NCBI GenBank assembly: GCA_973895155.1
Contig: OZ316895.1
Coordinates: 16,286,170 to 16,350,169, forward strand
Source of the DNA: Marsupella aquatica
Taxonomy: Eukaryota > Plantae > Marchantiophyta
Direction: 5' to 3'
Length of the DNA: 64,000 nucleotides
Numbering within the stretch: position 1 is the first letter of the stretch; every line of letters begins with the position of its first letter. Below are positions 13,400 to 26,109 of the stretch, piece by piece. The position numbers were made by a program, and so were the translations under genes. Under the pieces are notes generated by a model. That model was not told the origin of the DNA and did not search any database. It saw only the letters and a list, made by a program, of their open reading frames with translations.

Positions 13400-14210
13400 G
13401 CCTCTTGTTGTCTCAGAAAAAATATAGTGGAGTAAGACACTTCAAGTAGCAACTAATACAGGGATGGCTAGAAACCATCCTTCAAGATTAGTACCAGTGC
13501 AATCCGGATGTATTAATGTCGTCCACAATATTCTGGCCTGACATGCACCACACAGCCTTAAACACTACATCGCAGTGTAAAAACAAGAGTTAGTCAAGAC
13601 TGCAAAAGAGCCTCATTTAGCCTTGCAAGCCTATATATGCAAAGAAGCGTAGTGTTTTAATGAGAGGTAGTGCCAGTACGGACGGGAGAGGGCACATAGG
13701 GAGTGCTTGCTCTTCCATGGGGAGAAACATGTTTAATTCAGCCCAAAGTGCCTTTTGGACTGAATTGTGGGATTAACATTTTGCCTCTTACATACATGAC
13801 ATCGTGCTTGACATGTTTGTTTGATGTCACCCAACTGAGGTGCCAATTTTACTTTGCGTCCTGGTAATTGGACATCAAAATGTAACGGTATATTATGAAT
13901 AACTCTCAATGGTATAAATAAAATAGTTGGGCTGGAATGACATTATACGCCATATATTGTCACGTTTGATGGGCAATCACCAGGACTCTTTTTACCTCTT
14001 ATGAGCTACAGTACTTTGGGACAACACTAATCAGCATTATTTTTATGGCTTCAACGGCAGTGGTACGTTGGATACTTGGATGCTTTCCTTACCGGATGTG
14101 TGTAGGTTGTTCCATGTGATTTCGTTGATTTGTACGGCTCTCCCTGCACTATGGGGGGCGTGTATTTCTTGTCGGTTGTAATAAAGCTCCCGATTTCCAA
14201 AAAGAAATCA
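13400..14210 (+). mobile_element. Possible decayed 3' end of an L1-type LINE
   Basis: AATAAA followed by an A-rich tail (~14180-14207); broken-frame remnants loosely resembling the Cys/His-Trp zinc-binding end of ORF2. Left boundary approximate. Confidence 0.3.
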
Positions 14211-15739
14211 GGACCAGTGCCTTAGTGCTTGACCTGTTGAAATTACATTAAATTTAATTAGATTAAGTTGACTGTTCTCGAAAATTGTGCCCCCTTTGCG
14301 TCTGTCCACATGCCTTAGCGTGCCACAGCATCTTCTTGCCCGATTATATCCCTACAAGACTTTTCACTTTCAATATTTGCATTTTGAGATTTGTCTCCTA
14401 CTTGTCGCGTCCTAAAGTACGTTGAATTTGAATTTACATTAAATTTAGGTTTGTCTGAAGTGCCAAGAATGAAACATAATAAAAAATAGGCACAAAACTT
14501 GGGCTTGTTTGAAGTGTCAAAGGAGACACTCGATTTAAAAAACAGACACCTTGAGCCTTGCTGCTTCTATCAGTGTTATATTTTCAAGTTTTTTTCTTCT
14601 TCTTTTCAGATGGTATAATCCTCATTGTCAACTGGAAATAAAGAGCGGATGGAGATGGGGGTTTGGTGTCACGCCCCCATGGATTGTCAAAGCTTGGCTA
14701 CACTTGCACCTTTTACTGTTTTGAAAGGAATCTGAAAGATAAAGGGCTCCTCACCCTTTGCATTCCATTATATGTAGTTTACCTTGTGATAAGTTGCTCT
14801 CATGCCCACACTACTTGGGGAGTCCTTCACAAAACTGAAAATTACTTCCCAAAATTGATAATTTGGGTCTCATACCCCAATCATGCAGAGAGTCCTTTCA
14901 CAAAGGGAAACGTAGGTTGGCAATTTTATGACATCTGACCATTTTTGCACTTATTGGAAATGGAACAAATGATTTCAGAAAACTCTCAAGCTTTGTGTGT
15001 TCATAAGTTGGACATCAGAGGACATATTGACAAAATTTGAGAGTAAAGCAAGATCCAAAAGTAGTTCAAATAAATGCTCAAGTTAACAGTTTACAGTTCG
15101 TCACGGTGCTTGGAAAAACTGCTCGAGACATCCTTAGCACAAGTGAAACGTATTTCCAAAAGCAGCAGATCACTTATTTTCCCGGCATACATTGAACAAT
15201 GACATTACTCAGTCCGGGGATTAGCAGAACAAACCCCTCAGTTCATCCGGGCCTAACATTCAACATTCTTGTCAACTGCTACAAGGCAAATTAACTTCAT
15301 GGATTGTGAATTTTGCAAGATCTATAGAGAACAACGGGCTTGCATCATAGCATGAATGGCGTTCGATGCCAATATGAGATACAACATGCCTTCCTCATCG
15401 AGATCTGCGGCCCTGGAGGAGAAGTCATCCGCTGCAGCCTGAAGGTGTGAGAGCCCAGGAACTATGGATTTAGACCCACCTTGATCCTTGAATCGATTGT
15501 ATTCGATCGGTCTACGAAACTTTTCTCTGGATTTTCTCAAGAGGTCGGAGCTCAGTGTGCACAACTAAGAATACTCAACTACACGCAAACTGTCAAGTGC
15601 GTTTTCCAGTGTTTGGAGGGCCTGATCGGAGTCCTCAAGAGACGCACGATACGCTTCCTCCACTATGTTTCACTGGTGTCGAGAAAGGCTCAGCTGAATG
15701 ATTTATCGGCAAAAATGCAATAGAGCAAACGATCTAAGG

Positions 15740-18700
15740 TCAAGATAGTAGAATGCGTTGTCCTGGGTAGATTGTTTTCTGGTCACATACCTGCGAGCCA
15801 CACCGGTAGTTTGCTCGTCACAGGCGGTCCAAGGAGTTTGGGAAAATTGCTTCAAAATGGCAACAGGATGGACTGTAGTTGTCTTGTCTTCGGAACTGCA
15901 TAACATACTATTGCAAGCTGCTAGATCTCACTTAAAAAGCAATGCTTGACGCTCTAGATATAGGAAAGCACAAATATTGTCGGAACTTACTCGAGGATTG
16001 ATCCTGCAGAAGTTGGAAGAGGGATCAGTGCACTGTCCTGGAGCAATACTGCTTAATGTCTCACCAGCCTTCACAACATGGTATCTGACAGAACAGGAGA
16101 GTCGCCAAGTGGTCATGAGAAGATTGAGAAGACTGCCTGCTATGCTGGATTCTGGGCTACGAGCAGTACATGTACGCACTGATAATGCAGGCAATTGTGT
16201 ACTTCCCTTAGAAAAGTGCGGAGCTGATTCCTCGTCTAATTCTATGTAACTCAATGAGAACGTTGGGAGACTTGAACCAATACAAGTGGAGACAAGAAAA
16301 CTTACCTCGCAGCAGGGCCACCGTTTTTGGGCCAGAGCACTAACAAACCAGCAAGGATCACAGCTCCACTTAGAACCTGGCGGAATATGAAGGGTCATTG
16401 TGAATAACTAGGATCTGCTCTTAAAATCACATGCTTCCCCACAGACTTACTTCCCTAACTTCCTTTCGGATCTTTTCGACTGACTTCAATTCGCTGAATC
16501 TGACGAAAGCACTGGTTTGTAGTGTGTTAATCTGCTTACAGTAGCTAGTTGGTGACAACGGAACAGACCTGTTTCAGGCCACTTCCCAAGTGACCGAGAA
16601 TCTTGCTCTCCTTGGCACTCGAAACTTCTCTTCCACGTCGATGGAACTGATCCTCAATACATACTTTGCGAACTGGTGGAGATTTTTTATTGGCACTCGA
16701 AACTTGTCTTCCAGGTCGATGGAAAGTTTCCTCAATACACACTTTGCGAACTGGTGGAGATTTCTCGTTCTCTAATTCGATGCTAGATATATCTTTGAAG
16801 GTGATATCAACCTGCAATATTTGCCGAGTCGTAGGCATGTGAAAACTTCTCATCAAATTAAACTTAAAATGCACAGTATACAGGGCAAACCAACCCAGTC
16901 ATGCTCTTAATTTGAAATTCAAGCAAGGAGAACAAATTTACTGAAACAGGGAGAACAGAGTACAACAAAATACCGAGAAAAAGTCTTAACTATCTACCAT
17001 TACAAGCTCTAGGACAAGGTTAGCAACGAGAGAGGAAGCAAGGACTATAAGACTGAAAGTTGCTAAACTTCTAGCCAGATACTGTTGGTCAAAATATTGG
17101 TAGACTTCCTCGGAAATTTTCAGAATTGGACGAGACCTGTCGTGCGGCACTGGCAAATTGATCGTCCTTGGATGTGACCCGGTCGCCGTATGCGCTCGTC
17201 TGCTCGAACTCCTCGTTTAAGTTAGCTGGGATTAAGAACGCCTTCCTTGCTGGAAATAAGGAATCTTGGAGATGTTTCCAAGCCGGTAGCGAGTCACCGG
17301 AGCGAGGTAGTTTTTGCAAATCCGAAGGTGCCGGCTTTGGGCTAGTCATTGAGCTCCGCGGGCCCATCACTTTATTCAAGTGCTGCGATTCAAGACGGGC
17401 CTCAGGTTTATCTTTCCTGTCTTGAGAAGCAACATCTACAGTTTTGATTGTTTCTTCCTCGAGAGCAAGGGAAGTTCCTACTATTGGAACAACTCTTTCT
17501 TCCACCTTATCTCCAAGTTCCTCCATTGCTGCAATGTCCTGAGAAATCAGCTTGCAATTCGGCTGGTCCAGGACGTTTCTGGACTCCTTTTCTTGCAATT
17601 CGGAAAGGCTTTCCTTCCCGAATTGCTCGGACATAGAATCCTTCTCCGTCATGGAGCTCTGTTTCATTTGATTCTCGAGGGCTTCCACATTTATGTCCTC
17701 ATGGAGCTCAGGGAGCTTCCACGCCATACGTTTGTCTCCGGATTCCCCTACCGTAGTGAAGTTTCCTATTGTATCCGTTGAATCCAACCGCCCTCCTGAT
17801 GCAGGCTTATCGACTCTGCTTGATTGACAACCTTCTGGCAACCTCGCCTCCTGATCCTTTGCAATGCTATCCCGAGTCGACGAGTTTTCTCGTGAAGAAG
17901 CCTTTCCCCGATCATGGTTTGCTTTCGCGCAATTCTCCCGGACCGCGCTATTTCGTGAACCTAGCTCTTGGTTTCTCCCTCTGTCCTCCCACTTTTTCAG
18001 TTTCTCCCTCGCTGTTCTTTGGTCACGGGCCGCGACTGCTGTCCCTGTTAGACTGTTTTCCGCTCGCACTGTCTCATTTTCAAGCTTGGACATCGATAAA
18101 TCTGGGTCCTAAAAAAGTCATTGAAAATGGATCAAAGTGGTTTTCTTGGGTGCCCAACAGACGGCCGATAATTTAGCTGGGCACTCCATGCCATGATTGC
18201 CGATTTTATCAGCCTAAGAATTTACTAAACTACTAGGCTACAGGCCAAATCTCAATAGATTCCATCAAAACTTAGTGAGGGTACTTATTCTTTCCACGAA
18301 CTTCAACATCCAACATCTTTGACTATAGTAAAAATGCAATTTTGTGGATTCCAAAACACAAGTGAATTCGATTGACGGTGTGAATGCTGCCAAGAGGGCT
18401 ACCACTAGTGTAGAAGAACTTCACCCAATTGTTGAACTTAAGAATGTGTGCATACCGGATGGACGCTGCTTTCAAAAGCACTGATGCGAGCTTTGACACA
18501 ACCACTGGAGATTCTGCTGGGACTTTGCTTTGGCGGAAGCGGGAGTGGATAATAAGTGGCTCCTTGCCCAGGATGAATCTGAGAAGAATTGTTCATTTTC
18601 CCGGAAGTCTGGGAGGTCACAGGAGTTGCAGCCGAGCTACGGTCGGGCAGGCTGATTAGTGGGGAAGTGGTGGAACTAGCACGGAAGACAGTTTCTCGTG

Positions 18701-19205
18701 CCTTCTGAGCAACTTTTGAGGCATCTTCCCATGTCATCGGAGGACGTTCGACACATATCCAGCCGTCTACAGAAGCTTGCGTTTGCGGTGCCGACAACTT
18801 GTATCCTGAATCCTCCTTCGCTGACAAATCTTCCGACGCTAGACTTGAATTGGTGTCCACTCTCACCCAAGGATTTGTTAGTCTGGAGGTGCCGCGAGCT
18901 TGAAAAGTTGATCCTGGATTGTAGGTCTGTTGTTGAAGACTTGGCTCTACCATAAGATGATTTGGAGGCGGAGGGATGCTTCTCTTCCCTTCCCTCAGTC
19001 TTGGGATCTTCGTCTCTGCTGAAGCTTTTGGTGCGAGGGTCTGTTCTCTAATGCTTGGTAGTTGCATTGGGATGTCTTTCATTCCGTTTGGAGCTCCTCT
19101 CTCAGTGTTCATCAGCAATTCCTTTGCTGTAGGCAATACTTGCAAGTACTCCAAATCTCTACTAGAGACCATTGCTTCGTGCGGCACGTCTTGTTTACAA
19201 CTCAT
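15740..19205 (-). CDS. ~726-aa protein: long disordered N-terminus, short hydrophobic (TM-like) segment, C-terminal LysM domain; 6 coding exons
   Basis: Phase-consistent GT-AG exons 19205-18456, 18108-17137, 16811-16569, 16376-16306, 16084-15991, 15790-15740. Spliced C-terminus ...GLKQ-VLSGAVILAGLLVLWPKNGGPAAR-YHVVKAGETLSSIAPGQCTDPSSNFCRINPR-VCDQKTIYPGQRILLS* fits the LysM pattern (Y.V..G[DE]TL..IA ... N ... I.PGQ.I). Confidence 0.8.
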
Positions 19206-21875
19206 ACCGTACTCTAGTCTGCGGTGAGCAATCTTCCTGTCTTCCTTACAGTGTGCGCTTTAGTATCGGCTCTGCTTCCACGTCCTCGAGAGGGAGATCA
19301 ATCCTTCGAATGATCAAAATCGCGAGCTGATGATCCGTCTCCTTTTCTCACGGGATCTTGAAAACGTCCCCGCTCTTCCATGCATTCTTCCATTTCTGAT
19401 GGATGACCAACAAGATTATCAATCCTAGTTGGCCATGAAGAGTAAGCACTGCGCAAGCTCTGCATTCTACCGAGCTACTTCAAGTTTCCAATCACGGTTG
19501 TAAGCACTGAGCCTTTCTCCTGTTTACGTCTATGTATGCCGAGGCTGTCCGTGGAAAACCCCAAGTTCATAGTTGAATGAGATATTCCCGGAAACTGTGG
19601 GAAAATACACTAATCGTTTTGGCAGTGTATCTTGGAGTGGAATACGTATTGGTGTACTGTCTTGAGAAAGAAATTTCAAGACATTAGACAATCGAGCTGC
19701 CAAAAAGGTGCAATTTGAGATTCGGAAGTTGTTCCCGAGAGGAAAAGGGATAGCAAAGAATTCAGCAGAAAGAACCTCTTTTCCTTTCTTCCTTGAAAAA
19801 ACCTCCCAGTTATCCAAAGGCTGTCCTGCATGCACTCGAGCGTTTTCAGCTATCGTTCGAAGACCATTATTCACACACAGATCTTCTTTCCTCTTGAAAT
19901 CATATAATCTCTGCAATCAACAATTGTCAAATTGACAAGACCTCAGAGATATTTGATAGACTCCACAACTTAGAAAGTTGACTGATATCCACAAATTGAT
20001 TGACATGTGCACCGCTTTCGTGATAACGACATCATATTTTGTCAAGTTCGAATGCAAAACCCCAAAAAGGGGAACGTGATGACCATGAAGACAGAATCAC
20101 CAGCATGTCATCTCTGCGTTTTCGGAATTCTTTCCTATCGGCAGCTGCCCTCTGCAGTCAAGACCAGTGAACAGCAGTTGATCGGAAAGTATCTTAAGAG
20201 TATTAGGACACCACTCTAACACATAGATGCCTGGAAAATATGATACGACGTTTATCCGGAGCTACCAATTTGAATGGACGCCTGCTATCAATCCCAGACT
20301 GTATAATTCATACCCTCGATTCTAGTCTCGTTCGATCTTCTTTGGTCAGGATAAAGTTTAGTTTCAAGTGAATATGGCCTCCCTCGTCGAGAGAAACATA
20401 GTCCTCTCGGAACCATTCCTGAACTATGGTTGGAACCTCTATTGCTGCAATGAAACCATCACACACAAGGAGTTGATTGCTTCTGAGAAAGGCGCCAAGT
20501 CCACTCTGTCTAGATATATCGAAAGACTACAGAAGATGTTAAACATTTCAGTCTCCCGATTTCTTCACTACAGGGTCCAACATGGAAACTGTTTCTTAAT
20601 TGTCGCTGAAGAAAGCCAAACCCGAGTTTATATCATCTAAATCTGGATATCAACAGCTCACACCTACATAGTCGGAAGGGCACTTACCAATGCTGGACAC
20701 TACAACCCCTGTTGGATCACAGACCGCCACGAGAAGCCTATCTGTGAGGTTAAATACCGGACTGCACAAGAGTAAATTGTGTAAGCGCTCGTTGCTCATT
20801 AACAGGGCCGAGGAAAGTAAAGATCATTTATGAGTGCTTTCCGTAGTTTTAGGGACACCCAAACTGCAGCAATGAAAGACAATCACAATGGTACGTTGCT
20901 GATATTTAGTAAGTCACCAAGGGGCAATGGAACTGGGCAACCATGAAAGCACTTACAATGCGAAGTCGGCGTTCCACGGTGCAATTTTCCCCCCATGTGG
21001 CCTTTTAGGTTTGGTAACAAACTCTTGCTCTCCCAGAGACACTAGAAAGCGACCAAAAGACTTCTCCAAGTTACCAGAAAGTAGCAAGCTTCGTCACTCA
21101 CTCAAAATTTTCACAAAATGTCTTCAAAGCTGGGAAGGTTGGGAACATTGAGTTACTTAGCCTAGGAGTATGCAAATGCAACGTGGAAGAAAGAAACATC
21201 AGAAAGTACCTTTCACAGAGACAAAGTAGTTATTGGAGCCTGCGTTCACATACAGAGTTGACAGCCACAAAAAGTTTAATCCCTAGCAAGTCGAAAGAGA
21301 TAGTACATAGGCTAGGGGATAGGACGCATGCTCTGGATGCAGAGTAAATGCAACGACAACCAAGCCACATTATCAGGCCCAGAGTTGAACTGAATACATT
21401 ATTAGGTACAACTGCACGTAACTTGAGAACTCAATTCGAAAACTCTGGAAACACACAAATTATCCAGAGAATGCAACAGTAACTCACCAGTGTTCCCTGC
21501 TGGCAGCCCCACAGCCTCCAGAACTGTAGTTCCTAGTCAAACATGGATAGTAAGAATTGCAATTGTGGAGCCCAGACCTCGAATAGATTTCTCATGCAAA
21601 CTATTTCAAAAGCAAAATTTACTGGATACAACCCACAACCGATTATTTAGACTCGAAGAAACACCTCGTCGTTGAATCACTCGAACACCAGTAAGGCACC
21701 AACCATATATCCAGACATCACCTAGCCTAGAGCGCTTGAATTGGAAAGATTGTGGATTCGGTCAAAAATACATGAATCATCAACCTACGCTACCAACGAT
21801 TAAATTCATCTCTTATTTATTCACTTGTTTTCTCCACATGAATCACTGTTGACCTGTGGAACGACCTTTGTGCCG

Positions 21876-22566
21876 ATGGATTTTGGTTTCGTCTTTGCGG
21901 GCTGGGACGAAGAGGGGCAGACGCCAATGTACGAGTACGTAAGAAGATTTCTCACAGAGAAAGGCTTCCAGTTCGCGGTTGCAGATATGCAGGACGGATA
22001 CGTAACCCACGATCACGGTAAGATGCTTCTTGTAAACTCCCATGGATCCCCATGGATTCAGACTCCAAAAGGATTCTGGGCGTGCATCTTCGGATCGAAG
22101 ACCGTTCCGGATCTTTCACCAAAAGTTTTTGAGCCATTCGCAAAATCTAGGTAGGTTCCAATTCTAGGCAAAAATGCATGTTGCCTCCGACATGATAATC
22201 TGTGCACTTAGATGTCGTCTCTTCTCGCTGACGGGGAGACAGCGCGCAGAAGGTTCAGGATGGACTATTAACGCAACTCATACAACTAGTTTCCGCTTGA
22301 ATCATCCGATCGCAGTTTCAGGCCCTGCGACGTTTCTTCTATGTACATTTGGAAACCTTTCCTTCCCTCCCTTTTGTTTCTTAATTAAACGTTCACTCTC
22401 CTCTTCCAACACCAGTAAAGTCCTAGAGATCATCGATTCCAGAACCTCGTTTAAAAAGCGTGTACAATTGATTGCCGGTGACTATGGAAAGCGTCCAGAT
22501 GATGATTATAGTGTGAAGTTCCTAGTACTTCCGATCGCAGAAGAAATCAATCACAACGACGCGTAG
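21876..22566 (+). CDS. Hypothetical protein, probably 3 exons (~180 aa), family not recognised
   Basis: ORF MDFGFVFAGWDEEGQTPMYEYVRRFLTEKGFQF... ends at donor AG|GTAGGT (~22150); phase-compatible acceptor TTAG|A (~22211) continues CRLFSLTGRQ...; a pyrimidine-rich probable intron at ~22331-22415 precedes KVLEIIDSRTSFKKRVQLIAGDYG...HNDA*. Confidence 0.5.
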
Positions 22567-23049
22567 CAACGAACCAGACAGTGAGTAAATTGGCTGGGCT
22601 CGAGAATTAGAACTGAAAACTGAAATTTATTGTTGAGGACAACCATCACAGGAAATTCACCTGTCACATGAAGTGTACCGGGCATTGTTGATTTCTTTCA
22701 TTCATTGGCATCTGCTGCACGCTACAGCCTGCTATCCTCGAAGGGGATTCTACATATGAGCTGCTGCTAGAAGAGCCATGACATGTCACCTGAGGCCGTT
22801 GCCAATTGCAACCGACTGTCCAATGCAGAGAACGAAATGTCAGCTGAAGTCTAATATAGTACACGGCAGCAGCCGGAAAAACAATTTTTCTTGTATAAAT
22901 TTAGAAATCTATTAGACTAGTTCTCTGCATTAGACTAGTTCTCTGCATTAGAAAAAGCTCTCGTGTTTAAAGTTGGAAATTTCTTTTTGTTTTTTGTATT
23001 TTGAAAACAAGGGGGGCGGGTGCTGGTTTATTCCCCATGATGAACACCA

Positions 23050-23280
23050 GCGGGGCACACAGAAAAACAAACCCTAGAGGCCATAGCACACAAGAAACAA
23101 ATGCCAAAGAGGCAACAACCACCCAAAGAAAATTAAAATCACCCACCACACCTGGGTGACAGGACGGGGCACACAGAAAAACAAACCCAAGGGGCCATAG
23201 CACACAAGAAACAAACGCCAAAGAGGCAAAATCAGCCAAAGGAAACCAAAATCACCTACCACACCTAGGTGACAGGAGTG
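23050..23280. repeat. Tandem duplication of ~114 bp
   Basis: CGGGGCACACAGAAAAACAAACCC...GGCCATAGCACACAAGAAACAAA...AAATCACC.ACCACACCT.GGTGACAGGA present twice. Confidence 0.85.
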
Positions 23281-24629
23281 AAGCAGGGTCAGCCATCTAA
23301 AACCATGCAAGGCAAGATGCCACTAGCAAAGCACCTCCCACGAGAGGAGGTGGCAATCAAACAGGTCAGAGCAAGCCATACACCTCAAAAATGAAATCAA
23401 TGGTGGAGAGAGTTCACATCATGGCTCTTCCAGTCATCTCAACGAGTGTTTGACTCAAAAGTCTGGCCTTCTGCATACTTCTAGATTGTTTAATCTTAGA
23501 GTCTAATATAGTACATGGCACAGCTGAATAAACAATCATTCTTGCTTGAATTTAGAAACTAAAGCCCGGATGGACCCCCACTTTGTCTGTGAAGTGTCCA
23601 GATGGCCTGACAAAGCTTGGATGGATTTGCTCAGAATATTTAAATTTATTTAGATAACATTGTTTACACTTTTGACTGAAATGCAACCTGTAAACTGTCT
23701 CCTAACCAAGGGTCTCCTAACCATTTACAGCCAGTTTCAGTTACATCACCGAACTGGTCTCCACGGTAAGTGGACAACCTTGAACCTGAAAGAGGTCAAG
23801 AGGTCATACCATTACTCATGAACAGCCTTCTCAGTTGTCCCACATGAAAATTTCCAAGTGTAAAGTTAAATATGATTTAGAATATTTGTATTCATTGGGA
23901 ATGAAGCAAATGATCAGGCAATAGATTGGACATAAGAGGATCTGCACTAAAATTCAGCTTGAACTAGGATTCAGAAGCTCTTGCAGTAAATCAATCCAAT
24001 TTGCCAAATTCAAAGGTAAGGTTTAAGTCGCTTAGAGTTGACGACTTTGACGACCCTGTAGTGTAAGTTGTCAAAGATGTCACACACATTTTGAAAATGT
24101 GCTATGTACTTGTGAACTTAGTGATGACTTGACAATTTTCTTAAACGGCGGGCTCTAATCCGTGACATGGGAGTGATGGATTGGTGCAAATGTTTTCAAT
24201 CACACTGAGATTGGAGCTTCAAGACAAAGAAGCTCCATTCTTCTTTGGCAACATTGCTCAGCCATTACACTGGATTGAGGTATCTGATATCTTGATGTGA
24301 TGATATCTTGACTGCTTTCTTCATTTAGTAATCAAAGTCATCAAGTGTGATCCGTGACAGGTTCCTTTTTCTTTTTGGTGTAAAAGCAACAATCGCTTTA
24401 CGCAGTCCATAGGGATGGGCAGGGACAATGTCTCAGTCCATCCCATGGGCTTTAGATTTGGCTTTAGATTCTTAAATGTAGATGTCCTTGAAAATAGTTA
24501 TCCTGTGTTTAAACTTTTGAAATTCTTTGAAAGCAGTATTTTTTTATTTGAATTTGGGAAAAGAAAAGACAAGAAAAAGGAAACTCAGTCTGACTGGACT
24601 AGGTAAGATGGAACGTGCATGGGTATACA

Positions 24630-25500
24630 TCTATCAAACAAAGTGCAATCAAAAGCTAGGATAAGAGCCTAGAGTGAAGCCTAGATGGTACTCATTGTCT
24701 ATTTATGAGCAAAGCTCAGACATTCAGGCTAGTAACTGAACCTAAGAACTCCCATGCCCGCTCCCATGGGAATCTTAGTGCTCTATCACTGAGCTACAAG
24801 AAGGTATTGAAAGCAAACCATTACAAGCTTGTGCAAGAGAAGAATTCTTATGGGCAAGGACTCCAGGTTTGTGCCTGGTATCAATTTGAATCAACAGTTG
24901 TGACTCCCTAGAATTCTTGAAGACCATGAAGGGAGAACAGCTTCATCACTTCATGGCATTGTTCTCATGTGTGTAAGTAATGTCACTCCTCTATCTCTAT
25001 CTATCTGTCTGTCTCTCTTTCTAGCCCAGCAGCAGCAATCTGACCTGACCTGACCTCAATTTCTGAAGGGCCAGGAAGCTGAAGGGACTGATCAGAGGGG
25101 AAGGACGGAATGACACCCCCTCTGGCAATGGGTTTACTCCATCTCCCATTTTATGTACTCCTATAGTTGTGAAGGGTTGGGAGGTCTGACCAGAGGGAAA
25201 GCTCGGAAAGACAACCCCTCTGCCAATGGACCTAATCCATTTCCCACCTTATATTAGTACTGTAGAATATGGTTAAAGCTTAATTGCTTGAAGTCTGGGC
25301 ACATAATTGGGATTTTCTTTATTTTACCATTGAAAACTTGGTTGGGACACTCATGTGGGGATCTATACGATGCATAACATAACACTCCTGTCGATAAAAG
25401 TTCATTTGATAAATCATAAGGCCTGAGAGGAGTGGAAAGGACTAACCAGAAGAAAGGACGGAAAGAGTATCTCTGGAGAGAAGTAACGTTTTGTTTCCGT
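24630..25500 (+). mobile_element. Dispersed repeat, Helitron-like 5' end; right boundary approximate
   Basis: Start matches the element at 1959; ~24940-25130 is homologous in inverted orientation to ~47730-48040 (CTTCATCACT..GGCAT.GTTCTCA, CAGCAGC..TGACCTGACC, CCCCTCTGGCAATG). Confidence 0.45.
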
Positions 25501-26109
25501 GGGGTGGAAAGGAGGGCGTTGAGTCAAGGTGGCTACGCTGCAAACTCATCAGACAGTATTTGGTACCTAGGTAGAAAGTTTACGAATTACAGCTAAGGCT
25601 GAGACAGGGATGCAGAACGAAGGCCTGGCCAGGTGCAAGACCTATAAAGCAGAGTATAGCTGTAGAGTAGCTGCACCAGTATTTGTCAATTACTCAAATA
25701 CATCGGCTCCATTCATTTTCCTTGCCGCATGTGGGTAGCCTTGTCATCAATTTACCAATCAGGGCATCATTGGACAGGATGATTTCCGTGGAAGTCCCAA
25801 CTTAGAGGGAGGTGGGATATAATCTTTTGAACTGAGACAGCTGAATTGAAGAGAACTGGAATACGATCTGTGAGTGAACGTCTAGCAGCTGAAATGCCAA
25901 ACTTCTCATGAAGGTGCGAGGTACGGGCAAAATTTCCTTCCAAGTAAAATTTTCATTGCAAAACTTCGAGCTCTATTCAATCTATGACATTCAAGCCTGA
26001 ACCCAAAACTGCCTTTTCTTCTCCTATACAGACGGTTATCAAGATGCATAACGAAACAGAACTGGAAGGAACACTCTAAAATTTCAGATCTAGAATACAG
26101 TGGAAAGAA

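Noticed and set aside
15322-15723. Short ORFs downstream of the LysM stop codon
   Set aside because: No recognisable protein; most simply 3' UTR.
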